A stretch of 64,000 nucleotides of DNA from Dehalococcoidia bacterium (lineage in GTDB: Bacteria > Chloroflexota > Dehalococcoidia > SM23-28-2 > HRBIN24): positions 10,950 to 74,949 of the forward strand of contig JANXAP010000003.1 of assembly GCA_025062275.1 (NCBI GenBank), written 5' to 3'. This document shows, piece by piece, positions 1 through 8,936 of the stretch. Under the pieces are notes generated by a model. It did no database searches and was not told where the DNA came from. It saw only the letters and a program-made list of their open reading frames with translations. Made by a program: the position numbers and the translations under genes. Numbering within the stretch: position 1 is the stretch's first letter; the number at the start of each line of letters is the position of its first letter.

Positions 1-128
1 CTCACGCGCCTCCGGCCCGGGGCGGGCGACAGGCGACGGCGCCGCTGCCAGCGAGAAAGCCGGGTGTCCATGTCTCCCCGGCGCAGCGCAGTCCCCCGGC
101 GGGGGCCTCGCTGCGCTAAGCGCAGAGG

Positions 129-848
129 CTAGGACGACCCGGACGCCTGGCCGTGGGGGCAGGAGTCCAGCAGGGGACAGAGGGAGCAGAGGGGTCGCTG
201 GGCGCGGCACAGGCGCCGACCGTGGCGGATGAGGAGCACATGAAACTGGTAGTGCAGCTCCGGCGGCACCCACTCCTCCAGCAGGGCCTGGGCCCTGGCG
301 GGCGGCGTCCGCGGCGGCACCAGGCCCAGACGCAAGGCCACCCGGTGCACGTGGGTATCCACCGGTAGGGCGGGCCGACCCAAGGAGAAGAGCAGCACGC
401 AGGCAGCCGTCTTGGGGCCCACTCCCGGCAGCCGCTCCAGCCAGGCCCGCGCCTCGGCGGCGGGCAGCTCTGCCAGGAACGAGAGGTCGAGGGAGCCGCG
501 CTGGCGCATCACCTCTTCCAGGAGGGCCTTGATGCGCGCCGCCTTCACCTGGGAGAGGCCGCCTATGCGGATGGCCTCCTCGATGACAGCCAGGTCGGCC
601 GCCATCAGCGACTCCCAGGTGGGGAAGCGGGCGCGAAGGCGCATGAAGGCCCGGCCCGAATTGGCATCGCTGGTGTTCTGGGAAAGGATGGTCAGCACCA
701 GCTCCGTCAAGGGATCGCCATGGGGGCGCCACTCCGGAGTCCCGTAGAGGTCGGAGAGGCGACGCACTATCTCCTGGGGGGAAAGGCCCGCAGCGACAGC
801 CCCGCTCATCCCGCTGCCATGGTAGGCCCCGGCCATCGCCATGCACAA
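129..848 (-). CDS. nth: Endonuclease III (HhH-GPD DNA glycosylase with C-terminal 4Fe-4S Cys cluster)
   Basis: HhH-GPD motif LPGVGPKTAACVLLF...DTHVHRV and C-terminal CxxxxxxCxxCxxxxxC cluster. Start is one of several Met in the first 14 codons. Confidence 0.85.
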   Translation of the reverse strand: MCMAMAGAYHGSGMSGAVAAGLSPQEIVRRLSDLYGTPEWRPHGDPLTELVLTILSQNTSDANSGRAFMRLRARFPTWESLMAADLAVIEEAIRIGGLSQVKAARIKALLEEVMRQRGSLDLSFLAELPAAEARAWLERLPGVGPKTAACVLLFSLGRPALPVDTHVHRVALRLGLVPPRTPPARAQALLEEWVPPELHYQFHVLLIRHGRRLCRAQRPLCSLCPLLDSCPHGQASGSS

Positions 849-910
849 GGCTCCTTCCTTGTGGGGCCGGGGCGGCGGGCCTACACTGAGATGGTGTCCG
901 GGAGCGTGTC

Positions 911-1939
911 ATGAGCGAGCCGATGCGCCTGACGCAGATGGCGTCCTGCGCCGGTTGAGCCGGCAAGCTGGGGCCGGAAGCCCTGGCGCAGGTCCTGCGC
1001 CATCTCAGCGACCATGACCTGACGGGAGGCCGGCCCGACCTGCTGGTGGGCCTGGCCACCCCCGACGACGCCGCCGTCCTGCGCCTGAGCGACGAGCTGG
1101 CGGCGGTGTTGACGGTGGACTTCTTCCCGCCGGTGGTGGACGACCCTTATGACTTCGGGGCCATCGCCGCTGCCAACGCCATGAGCGACGTCTATGCTAT
1201 GGGCGGCGAGGTGGCCCTGGCCCTCAACGTGGCCGCCTTTCCCGAGGACCTGCCCCATGAGGTGGTGGCCCGCATCCTCCAGGGCGGCGCCGACAAGGTG
1301 CGGGAGGCGGGCGGCGTCATAGCCGGCGGGCACTCGGTCATCGACCGGGAGCCCAAGTACGGCCTCTGCGTTCTGGGCCTCGTCCATCCCCAGCAGGTGC
1401 TGACCAAGGGCGGCGCCCAGCCAGGCGATGTGCTGCTGCTGAGCAAGCCGATAGGCACCGGCATCGTCACCACCGCCGGCAAGCAAGGGACAGTGGAGCC
1501 TGGGCACCTGCAAACGGCGGTGGAGTGGATGAAGGCCCTGAACCGACACAGCCTGCACCAGGCCCGGGAGCTGGGCGCCCACGCGGCCACTGACATCACT
1601 GGCTACGGCCTCCTGGGCCATGCCTGGGAAATGGCCCAGGCCAGCGGCCTCCGCCTGCGCATCCGCGCCGGGGCCGTCCCCCTGTTGCCCGGAGTCCTGG
1701 AATATGCCGCCAGGGGGGTCTACTCGGGCGGCGGCCATCGCAATCTGCGCTACTTCGGCCCCCGCGTCCAGATAGACGAATCGCTTCCCGAACCCCTGCG
1801 CTTGGCCCTGTTCGACCCCCAGACCTCGGGCGGCCTGCTGCTGGCCGTGCCCCCACAGGCGGCGGCCCGCCTGGCCGACAGCGGCCTCTGGGCGATAGGC
1901 GAGGTCCTGGAAGGCAACGGGGTGGAGGTGACGCCCTAA
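911..1939 (+). CDS. selD: Selenide, water dikinase (selenophosphate synthetase), selenoprotein form with in-frame TGA (Sec) at 956-958
   Basis: ORF track gives only 1046..1939. Reading back in the same frame from ATG 911 gives MSEPMRLTQMASCAG-U-AGKLGPEALAQV, which aligns to E. coli SelD [26 protein letters not shown] with TGA at the catalytic Cys17 position. The rest of the protein is SelD-like along its length (DFFPPVVDDPYDFGAIAAANAMSDVYAMGG ... DITGYGLLGH ... DPQTSGGLL). GGGAG Shine-Dalgarno lies upstream of 911. Confidence 0.85.
985..1001 (+). promoter_or_regulatory. Candidate SECIS hairpin for selD: GGCGCA-GGUCC-UGCGCC (6-7 bp GC stem, GGU in apical loop) about 30 nt 3' of the UGA
   Basis: Seen directly. 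The loop GGUC resembles the E. coli fdhF SECIS apical loop GGUC. Spacing is longer than in E. coli (G of the loop at +36 versus +23). Confidence 0.45.
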
Positions 1940-3174
1940 TCCGCCAGCGGCCCGCCCAGGGAACGGGCGGCAGCCGCCGCAGGGGCCGCTCCCTGGGCCT
2001 CCAGCCTACGCCACAACAGGTAGAGGGCCATTCCACCGCCCCCGAGCAGGCAGGCCAGCGCCCCCGCTGCCAGCCCGAAGGAACGGTCGGCCAGGTACCC
2101 CAGAAGCGGTGCCGCCGGGGCGAAGACCAGCGCCCCCGACAGCGTCCCCAACGAGCCTATGGTAGCCCGCTGGCCGCTGGGAACGCGGCCGTTGACATAG
2201 TCGCTGAGGAGGGGGCGGGTGGCGGCGAAGACGAAGGCCAGCACGAAGAAGCCCACGGCGGCCTGCAAGGAGTCCCAGACGGCCAGAGCGCCATAGGCGG
2301 CGCCGCCCAGGAGCAACATCGCCGCCACAGCTCGCGAGAGGCCCAGCAGGCCCGACAGCCGGTAGGCCCCCAGGGCACCGACCATGCCCACCAGCCGCAT
2401 GGGCGTCTGCCAGAGCCCCGTCTCCCCGACCTCCACCCCGTGACTGGCCAGGAAGGGCTGCACGAACAGGACCGGCCCCAGGTTGGCCACCGTAGCCGCT
2501 GCCAGCAGGCCGATGGCCGCCGCCAGGGCCGGGTCACCCAGCAGCAGCCGCAACCCGTCCCGGGCCACGGCCAGGAGGGAAGGGGACATCTCGTGACGGA
2601 AGGCCGTCAGGGGCTCTCGGAAGCTCAGGGCCACCAGGGCCGCTGCCAGCGCTATGCCGCTGCTCAGGAAGATGGGCATGCGCAGATCGGTGGCAGCAGC
2701 CACGGGCGCGCCGATGAGGGTTCCCAGGACCATCCCCGCCATGGTGCAGGCGGTGGCGGCCCCCAGAAGACGCACGTACTGGGCGGTGCGGCCCGTGGCC
2801 CGCAGGGTGTCGTACAGGAAGGCGGCATCAGGCCCCCAGGCCATCCCGTAGGATACTCCCCACACCAGATACGACAGCACCAGCAGAGGGAAGCTGTCGG
2901 CCAGCCCGAAGAAGGCGACCGCTGCTGCCTGGGTGAGGGCGGCCAGGGCCAGCACCGGCCGACGTCCCCAGAGGTCGGCCAGCGTTCCGGCAGGCACCTG
3001 GGCCAGGGCGATGCTCAGCCAGAAGGGGACCTCCAGGGCCCCTACCTGGGCCAGGCTGAGGCCTCGCACGTCCTGCAGGTAGAGGACCCAGATGGGCCAC
3101 CACAGCCCGAGGTTGAACAGGAGCTGGTATAGGCAGAGCTTCCAGACGTTGCCCCCGAGCCCGCCGGTGGTCAT
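1936..3174 (-). CDS. MFS transporter
   Basis: 412 aa polytopic membrane protein with MFS-like motif GTLADLWGRRP and 12 predicted TM segments. Confidence 0.75.
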   Translation of the reverse strand: MTTGGLGGNVWKLCLYQLLFNLGLWWPIWVLYLQDVRGLSLAQVGALEVPFWLSIALAQVPAGTLADLWGRRPVLALAALTQAAAVAFFGLADSFPLLVLSYLVWGVSYGMAWGPDAAFLYDTLRATGRTAQYVRLLGAATACTMAGMVLGTLIGAPVAAATDLRMPIFLSSGIALAAALVALSFREPLTAFRHEMSPSLLAVARDGLRLLLGDPALAAAIGLLAAATVANLGPVLFVQPFLASHGVEVGETGLWQTPMRLVGMVGALGAYRLSGLLGLSRAVAAMLLLGGAAYGALAVWDSLQAAVGFFVLAFVFAATRPLLSDYVNGRVPSGQRATIGSLGTLSGALVFAPAAPLLGYLADRSFGLAAGALACLLGGGGMALYLLWRRLEAQGAAPAAAAARSLGGPLAD

Positions 3175-3192
3175 GTCGACCGAGGCCTCCCC

Positions 3193-3801
3193 CTAGAAGT
3201 CCAGGGCAAAGAAGAAGAGGCCCGGCGCCACCCCACCGATTCCCTCCACCTCGGCGATGTTGGCCAGGATGCCCATCACCAGGGCGAAGGCAGCGAAGCC
3301 GGCCAGAGTGGCCAGCAGGGCATGGCCGGGATCGCCGTCGGAGGCCGACTCCACCGCCACCAGGGATAGCAGCAGCGTGGCCGCCAGGGGAATGACGGCC
3401 AGAGGCACCGCCAGCTGGGCCACGGCCATCAGCACCGTCAGGGCCATGGGGGCGAAGGCCAGCCCCATGGCCCGCACCAGGCCATAGAAGTCGGCCCGCA
3501 CCCCGAAGGCCAGGGTCAAGGTCTGGTAGGTGACGTAGACCCAGAGGAGCCAGGCCGGCACCTGCAACAGGCTGCCCAGAAGGGCCGACTTGACGAACAC
3601 CTCGCCCGCCGCCTCCCGCGACTGGAAAAGCCACCACAGCCAGGAGCCGATGCCGGTGGCGAAGCTGGCTCCCGTCACCAGCGCCAGCATGGGCACGGTG
3701 GCACCGGGATCCGCGGCCACATCGCGGAAGGCGTCCAGGTCCAGGCGCAGGAGCCGCTGCAGCCAGTGGCCCGTGGTAGAGAGGGGTCGTCGCTCCCGCA
3801 T
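3193..3801 (-). CDS. Yip1-family integral membrane protein
   Basis: 202 aa with four or five TM helices after a soluble N-terminus, Yip1/DUF1282-like architecture. Confidence 0.5.
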   Translation of the reverse strand: MRERRPLSTTGHWLQRLLRLDLDAFRDVAADPGATVPMLALVTGASFATGIGSWLWWLFQSREAAGEVFVKSALLGSLLQVPAWLLWVYVTYQTLTLAFGVRADFYGLVRAMGLAFAPMALTVLMAVAQLAVPLAVIPLAATLLLSLVAVESASDGDPGHALLATLAGFAAFALVMGILANIAEVEGIGGVAPGLFFFALDF

Positions 3802-3916
3802 CGCATCACCTCCCTGAGTCGGGTCGCGGGGCCTGGGCCTCGTCTAAGCTTACCGCAGCGGGCGCCTGGGGGGTATCCCGTGAGCCGCTCCGTCCGACGT
3901 CACGTCGGCGCCCTGT

Positions 3917-3948
3917 CCACACAAAAGGGGCCGGCACTCGCCGGCCCC
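3917..3948 (-). terminator. Rho-independent terminator for P450 copy 1 (minus-strand hairpin GGGGCCGGC-GAGU-GCCGGCCCC followed by UUUUGU)
   Basis: 9-bp perfect GC stem at 3927-3948. On the minus strand it is followed by a T-tract (plus-strand acaaaa at 3921-3926). It lies 20 nt 3' of the P450 stop. Confidence 0.7.
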
Positions 3949-3969
3949 CGAGTCTCACCTCGGCCTCGC

Positions 3970-4491
3970 CTAACGCGAGCGGCGGCGAAAGCGGACAGGC
4001 ATGTGCTTGATGCCGTTGATAAAGTTGGAGCGCATGCGCTCCACCGGCCCCACCACCTCCACGTCGTAGGGGCGCGACAGCAGCTCCTCGAACAGCACCC
4101 GCGCCTCCAGCCGCGCCAGAGAGGCACCCAGACAGAAGTGGGGGCCGCCCGCCCCGAACGCCACATGGTCGTTGGGCTGACGGGTGACGATGAAGGCGTC
4201 AGGGTCGGGAAAGACGTCCTCGTCCCGGTTGGCCGAGATGTACCACATGGTCACCCGATCGCCCGCCTTCATGGGCACGCCGCGGAACTCGGTGTCGCGG
4301 GTCACCGTCCGACGCATGTACATGACGGGCGAGACGTAGCGGAGCATCTCCTCCACCGCCGTGGGCATGAGGGAGAGGTCGCTGCGCAGTAGCTCCATCT
4401 GCTCCGGGTGCTCCGTCAGGGCCAGGAGGCCGCCCGAGATGAGGTTGCGGGTGGTCTCGTTGCCCGCCACCGCCAGCAGCACGAACTGGGC
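3970..4491. repeat. Dispersed repeat copy A: P450 3' half, about 94% nucleotide identity to 58593..59114, with a core of about 215 bp that is near-identical
   Basis: Direct comparison of the two stretches. The spurious small ORFs 3900..4166 and 58541..58789 in the track are near-identical reflections of the same repeat. Confidence 0.85.
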
Positions 4492-5238
4492 ATGACGCTC
4501 CAGGGTGGAGAGCTTCTCGCCGTCCACCTCGGCATGCAGGTAGGTGGTAACCAGGTCTTCCTTCGGTTCCCGCAGCCGCTCCTCCTCCAGGCTGTTGAGG
4601 TAGGCGGCCATCTCCATGGCGGCGCCGGCGATGACCCGCCGGAACTGCTCGATGAGGGCCTGGACCTCCTCCTCCGTCTCGGGAGGCTTCTCGATGACGA
4701 TGCCTCCGTACTCGGGGTCGCCGGCCCCGAGGATCTTGTTGCTCCACTCGAATATCTTGTGGCGGTCCTCATGGGGGACGCCCAGGAAGCGGGCGATGAC
4801 CCGCAGGGGCAGCTCGGCCGCCACCTCGGTCACGAAGTCGCACTCGCCCTTGGCGATGGCGTTGTCCAGGAGCTCGTTGACCATCTGGCGGACGTCAGGC
4901 TCCAGGCGGTTGACCATGCGGGGGGTGAAGCCCGTGCTTACCAGTCGCCGCAGCTTGGTGTGGCGGGGCGGGTCGGTGGTGATCATCATCAGGTTCTGGC
5001 TGGGGAAGAACTCCATGGTGGCCAGGGTGATGCCCTTGGCCGAGGAGAAGGTGGCCGTGTCCATGGAGGCCTTCACAAGGTCATCGTACTTGGTGAGCAC
5101 CCAGAACCCGCCCCCCTCCGGGTCGGGGTGCCAGAAGATGGGCGCCTCGCGCCGCAAGAGCTTGAACATGTGATGCGGCGGCCCCTGAACGAAGGTATCG
5201 CCGTCCAGCAGGTCCACATCCTGGAGCTTGAGGGTCAT
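3970..5238 (-). CDS. Cytochrome P450 (copy 1)
   Basis: Heme-binding loop FGAGGPHFCLGASLA, EXXR (EEMLR) and AGNETT I-helix motif. Start MTLKLQDV chosen over upstream in-frame Met at 5307 by alignment with copy 2. Confidence 0.9.
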   Translation of the reverse strand: MTLKLQDVDLLDGDTFVQGPPHHMFKLLRREAPIFWHPDPEGGGFWVLTKYDDLVKASMDTATFSSAKGITLATMEFFPSQNLMMITTDPPRHTKLRRLVSTGFTPRMVNRLEPDVRQMVNELLDNAIAKGECDFVTEVAAELPLRVIARFLGVPHEDRHKIFEWSNKILGAGDPEYGGIVIEKPPETEEEVQALIEQFRRVIAGAAMEMAAYLNSLEEERLREPKEDLVTTYLHAEVDGEKLSTLERHAQFVLLAVAGNETTRNLISGGLLALTEHPEQMELLRSDLSLMPTAVEEMLRYVSPVMYMRRTVTRDTEFRGVPMKAGDRVTMWYISANRDEDVFPDPDAFIVTRQPNDHVAFGAGGPHFCLGASLARLEARVLFEELLSRPYDVEVVGPVERMRSNFINGIKHMPVRFRRRSR

Positions 5239-5353
5239 GGGCCCACCCTCCTTTCGCTTGCCTCCCTTTTCTGGGCACACTCTAAAACTTAGCATTTGCT
5301 TTGTCAATGGCCCATAGCCGGGCCGTTAAGATGGACAGTGTGCAGGGGGAGAC

Positions 5354-6094
5354 ATGAGTGACGGAGAGGGGCGCTCGAGCCTCCCGAAAGGGCCTCTGGT
5401 CATCAGCCATGCAGGCTGCGCCGGCCATGCGCCCGAGAACACCCTCGCCGGCATCGTCAGGGCGCTGGCCCTGGGCGCCGAGGCAGTGGAGGTGGACGTG
5501 AGGGCCACCGCCGACGGCGTCCCGGTCCTGATGCACGACGAGACGCTGGACCGCACCACCGACGGCCATGGGCCTCTCCGCTCCTACCCCTTGGCCAGGC
5601 TGCGACGCCTGGACGCCGGCAGCGGCGAGAGAGTGCCGACCCTGGCCGAGGCAGTGGCCCAGCTGGCGGGGCGCGCCCTCCTGGTGGCCGAGATAAAAGA
5701 GGGAGGGATCGAGCAACAGGTGGAGGCCGCTCTGGCGCCCCTGGGACAGGAGGAGGCCCAGGTCTGGTCCTTCCTGCCCGATGTGCTGGCATCGTACAGG
5801 CGCATCGCCCCTCACCGGCGGACGGTGCTGCTGGCGGAAGCCAGGTCCATGGCACGGTGGCCCGTTCCGCTGCAGTTGGCAAGGGAGGTAGGGGCCGCTG
5901 GCCTGAGCGTGCGCCACGAATGGGTGACAGCGGAAGTGGCCGCCCAGGTCCGGGAAGCGGGGCTGTCCCTCTACGCGTGGACGGCGGACGAGCCGGCTGA
6001 CCTCCGGCGCCTGCTGCTCCTGGGCCTGGACGGCATAGTCTCCAATTACCCCGAGCGGGCGCTCCTGCTGCGTCGCCAGGCGCTGGGCCATTGA
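5354..6094 (+). CDS. Glycerophosphodiester phosphodiesterase (GDPD family)
   Basis: N-terminal GDPD motifs ISHAG...HAPENTLAG...EVDVRATADGVPVLMHDETLDRTT. Confidence 0.8.
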   Translation: MSDGEGRSSLPKGPLVISHAGCAGHAPENTLAGIVRALALGAEAVEVDVRATADGVPVLMHDETLDRTTDGHGPLRSYPLARLRRLDAGSGERVPTLAEAVAQLAGRALLVAEIKEGGIEQQVEAALAPLGQEEAQVWSFLPDVLASYRRIAPHRRTVLLAEARSMARWPVPLQLAREVGAAGLSVRHEWVTAEVAAQVREAGLSLYAWTADEPADLRRLLLLGLDGIVSNYPERALLLRRQALGH

Positions 6095-6125
6095 GCACCC
6101 TCTGCCCCGGCGCCGCCACCGGGGG

Positions 6126-6154
6126 TTGCCAGGGCACCACCGAGGGCCTACAAT
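6126..6154 (+). promoter_or_regulatory. Sigma-70-like promoter candidate TTGCCA-N17-TACAAT upstream of rplI-dnaB
   Basis: Seen directly: -35 at 6126-6131, 17-nt spacer, -10 at 6149-6154, in a locally AT-richer intergenic region. Confidence 0.4.
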
Positions 6155-6241
6155 TAGACCAGATGTTCTATAATCGCCGACTGGACTGGGGTCGCCGTGG
6201 GGACTTAACCTTGTGGATTGGCGTAGAAATGTTCTGGACAA

Positions 6242-6280
6242 GGGCCGCCGCCGAGGGCTTAGCAGCGGGGGCGGCGGCCC
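6242..6280 (+). promoter_or_regulatory. Very stable 11-bp GC hairpin (GGGCCGCCGCC ... GGCGGCGGCCC, 17-nt loop) in the rplI 5' leader, 24 nt before the start codon
   Basis: Seen directly. No U-tract follows, so it is not a canonical terminator. It could be a leader, stability or processing element. Confidence 0.4.
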
Positions 6281-6304
6281 CATTACCATAAGACGGAGGT
6301 CGGC

Positions 6305-6802
6305 ATGAAGGTCGTCTTCCTGGAGGAAGTGGAGGGCAAGGCCCGCGTGGGCGAGGTGCGGGAGGTGGCCGATGGCTACGCCCGCAACTACCTGTTCCCC
6401 CGCAAGCTGGCAGCCCCGGCGACGCCCCACTACATCAGCATGGCCCGGGCCAAGGCCGAGAAGGAGGCCCGCCGCCAGGCCAAGCTGGACCAGGAGGTCC
6501 GGGAGAAGGTCCTGCCCAGGCTGGAGGGGTGCACCCTGCGTATCGAGGTGCGGGTGGGCGAGCAGGGCAAGCTCTTCGGCTCCGTCACCGCCCTGGACAT
6601 CGCCGAGGCCCTCAAGGAGCAGGCCGGGGTGGAGCTGGACCACCGCCAGGTGCTGCTGTCGGAGCCTATCCGCGAGGTGGGGACCTTTCCGGTGGAGCTG
6701 AGGCTCACCCGCAACGTGCATGCCCGGGTGACGCTGGAGGTGGTGCCCCTGGGTGCCGGTGAGGCCCCTGCCGCTTCCTCTCAGGAGGGCCAAGAGGCGT
6801 GA
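6305..6802 (+). CDS. rplI: 50S ribosomal protein L9
   Basis: [36 protein letters not shown] matches the L9 N-domain. GGAGG Shine-Dalgarno upstream. Confidence 0.9.
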   Translation: MKVVFLEEVEGKARVGEVREVADGYARNYLFPRKLAAPATPHYISMARAKAEKEARRQAKLDQEVREKVLPRLEGCTLRIEVRVGEQGKLFGSVTALDIAEALKEQAGVELDHRQVLLSEPIREVGTFPVELRLTRNVHARVTLEVVPLGAGEAPAASSQEGQEA

Positions 6803-8223
6803 ACCGAGGGGGGACCGAAGGCTTGGTCGCTGCCGAGAGGCTACCGCCCCACGACCTGGAGGCCGAGAAGGCGGTGGTGGCCTCCCTGCTGGTGGAGCCG
6901 GAGGCCATCTATCGCGTCGTCACCATCGTCAGCCCCGAGGACTTCTTCCGCGACGAGCACCGCTGGATTTACGAGGCCTGTCGCGACCTGTGGCAGCGGG
7001 GCGAGGCCGTCAACCAGGTGACGGTGGCCCACGAGCTGGCCCGTCGCGGGCTGCTGGAGCAGGCGGGGGGCACCGCCTACCTGTCGCAGCTGGTGGCCGA
7101 GCTGCCCACCCCTCTGGTGGCCGAGCATTACGCTCGCATCGTCCAGCGCGACTCGGTCTATCGTCGGCTCCTGCAGGCTGCCCAGGAGATAGCCCAGGAG
7201 GCCTATCGGGCCGAGGACCCCGACATCGCGCGGGTGCTGGCCCGGGCCGAGGCCCGCATCGCCGCCGTGCGCCAGGTGCAGGAGGTGCGGGACTTCGTGC
7301 ACCTGTCGGAGGTGCTGGAGGGCTGGCAGAAGACCCAGGCCGCCCTCACCGGCCCGGTGGCGGCCGAGGCGCGGGCCATCACCACCGGCTACATGGACCT
7401 GGACACCCTCTTGCTGGGCGGGCTGCGGCGCTCGGAGCTCATCGTGGTGGCCGCTCGCACGGGCCTGGGCAAGACCTCCCTCCTGCTGAACTTCGCTCGG
7501 AACGCCGCCCTGCGCCAGCGCGCGGTGGTGGCCATCTTCAGCCTGGAGATGGCAGCGGAGCAGCTCGCCCAGCGGCTGCTGGCCATGGAATCGGGTGTGG
7601 ACTCGGCCCGCATCGGCTCGGGCGTCATCTCCGACCGGGACGAGCGCCTCATCGCCCGCGCCCTGACCAGGCTGTCGGAGGCGGCCGTCTATATCGACGA
7701 CTCCCCTGTCCTCACGGTGGCCGAGATGCGGGCCAAGGCCCGCCGCCTGCAGGTGGAGCGGGGGCTGGACATGGTCATGGTGGACTACCTACAGCTGGTG
7801 CGGCCCGATATGCGGTTGGAGAACCGGGTCCAGGAGGTATCGTACGTCTCCCGCTCCCTGAAGGCGCTGGCCCGCGACCTGGACGTGCCGGTGGTAGCCG
7901 CAGCCCAGCTTTCCCGCGCCGCCGACGTCCGCGCCAGCCACATCCCCCAGCTCTCCGACCTGCGCGAGTCGGGCAGCATCGAGCAGGACGCCGACGTGGT
8001 CATGTTCATCTACCGCGAGGCGGCCTACGTGCGCCGGGAGGAGTGGGAGGAGATGCACCGGGACAAGCCGGGCAAGGCCTACCCGGCAGAGGACGCCCAG
8101 ATCATCGTGGCCAAGCATCGCAACGGCCCCACCGCCACCGTCCACCTGCGCTTTCGTCAGCGTTTCGCCCGCTTCGAGGACCTGCTGGTGCAGGAGCCCG
8201 AGGCGTGGGAGCCTCAGCCCTAG
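6799..8223 (+). CDS. dnaB: Replicative DNA helicase DnaB
   Basis: Walker A GLGKTS, DnaB motifs SLEM, DYLQL and [14 protein letters not shown] start overlaps the rplI stop (GTGA). Confidence 0.9.
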   Translation: MNRGGTEGLVAAERLPPHDLEAEKAVVASLLVEPEAIYRVVTIVSPEDFFRDEHRWIYEACRDLWQRGEAVNQVTVAHELARRGLLEQAGGTAYLSQLVAELPTPLVAEHYARIVQRDSVYRRLLQAAQEIAQEAYRAEDPDIARVLARAEARIAAVRQVQEVRDFVHLSEVLEGWQKTQAALTGPVAAEARAITTGYMDLDTLLLGGLRRSELIVVAARTGLGKTSLLLNFARNAALRQRAVVAIFSLEMAAEQLAQRLLAMESGVDSARIGSGVISDRDERLIARALTRLSEAAVYIDDSPVLTVAEMRAKARRLQVERGLDMVMVDYLQLVRPDMRLENRVQEVSYVSRSLKALARDLDVPVVAAAQLSRAADVRASHIPQLSDLRESGSIEQDADVVMFIYREAAYVRREEWEEMHRDKPGKAYPAEDAQIIVAKHRNGPTATVHLRFRQRFARFEDLLVQEPEAWEPQP

Positions 8224-8237
8224 GAGCGAGAGCCATC

Positions 8238-8936
8238 GTGACCCCTCGGGAACAGGGCCAGCCCTTCGGCGGCTTTCCCCCGGGCAGCCTCGCCGTAGCC
8301 GTGCCCACCCCCTTCTTCACCCAGGTGCTGCCGGCCATCGAACGGGTGGAGGAACTGCTGGTCAGCGTCTACTTCTTCTTCGCTCAGGCCCGCACGCGGG
8401 GCGGGCCGCGGGCGATGGCCGAGTCCGAACTCACGGGCGACCCGCTGCTGCTGGAGGCCATGGGCCGCTTCCGGCCCGACGCCGCCGACGGGGTGCGGGA
8501 AGGGCTGGCCCTGGCGGTCCAGCGCGGCACCCTCCTCCAGGCCCAGGACCCGGAGGGAGGGGTCTACTACGCCCTGAACACCCCCTATCATCGCCGCGCC
8601 CTCCAGACGCTGCGCCCGGTGCCGGTGCCTTCGGGAGGCGGGCCAGCCAGCAACATCTTCCGCCTCTATGAGGACAACATCGGCACCATCACCCCCCTCA
8701 TCGCCGAAGAGCTGCGTCAGGCCGAGGAGCGCTATCCCTGGAGCTGGATCGAGGCCGCCTTCCGCGAGGCGGTCGAGCTGAACAAGCGCAGCTGGCGTTA
8801 CATCAAGGCCATCCTGCGCCGTTGGGAAGTGGAGGGGCCATCCCATGAAGCGCCTGGACGAGGTTCTGAGGTCGGCTGGCTGGAGGAGCGCTACCGGCGG
8901 GGCAAGCGGCGAAGGCCCTACAGCTCCTATCTCTGA
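8238..8936 (+). CDS. DnaD-domain replication initiation protein (wHTH N-terminus plus C-terminal DnaD/DDBH2 domain)
   Basis: C-terminal NIFRLYEDNIGTITPLIAEELRQAEERYPWSWIEAAFREAVELNKRSWRYIKAILRRWE carries the DnaD YxxxIxxxW signature. In the track this gene is hidden in the 3' end of the spurious fused ORF 6753..8936. GTG start is uncertain. Confidence 0.65.
   Translation: MTPREQGQPFGGFPPGSLAVAVPTPFFTQVLPAIERVEELLVSVYFFFAQARTRGGPRAMAESELTGDPLLLEAMGRFRPDAADGVREGLALAVQRGTLLQAQDPEGGVYYALNTPYHRRALQTLRPVPVPSGGGPASNIFRLYEDNIGTITPLIAEELRQAEERYPWSWIEAAFREAVELNKRSWRYIKAILRRWEVEGPSHEAPGRGSEVGWLEERYRRGKRRRPYSSYL

Noticed and set aside
79-125. Long GC hairpin downstream of nth at the window edge
   Set aside because: No flanking U-tract, and the window edge prevents context assessment. 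It could be part of an upstream gene.
6753-8936. 727-aa ORF spanning dnaB in another frame
   Set aside because: High-GC frame artefact. Only its last 233 codons (8238-8936) have protein-like DnaD-domain sequence; the rest is Pro/Arg/Gly-rich low-complexity translation overlapping the real dnaB.
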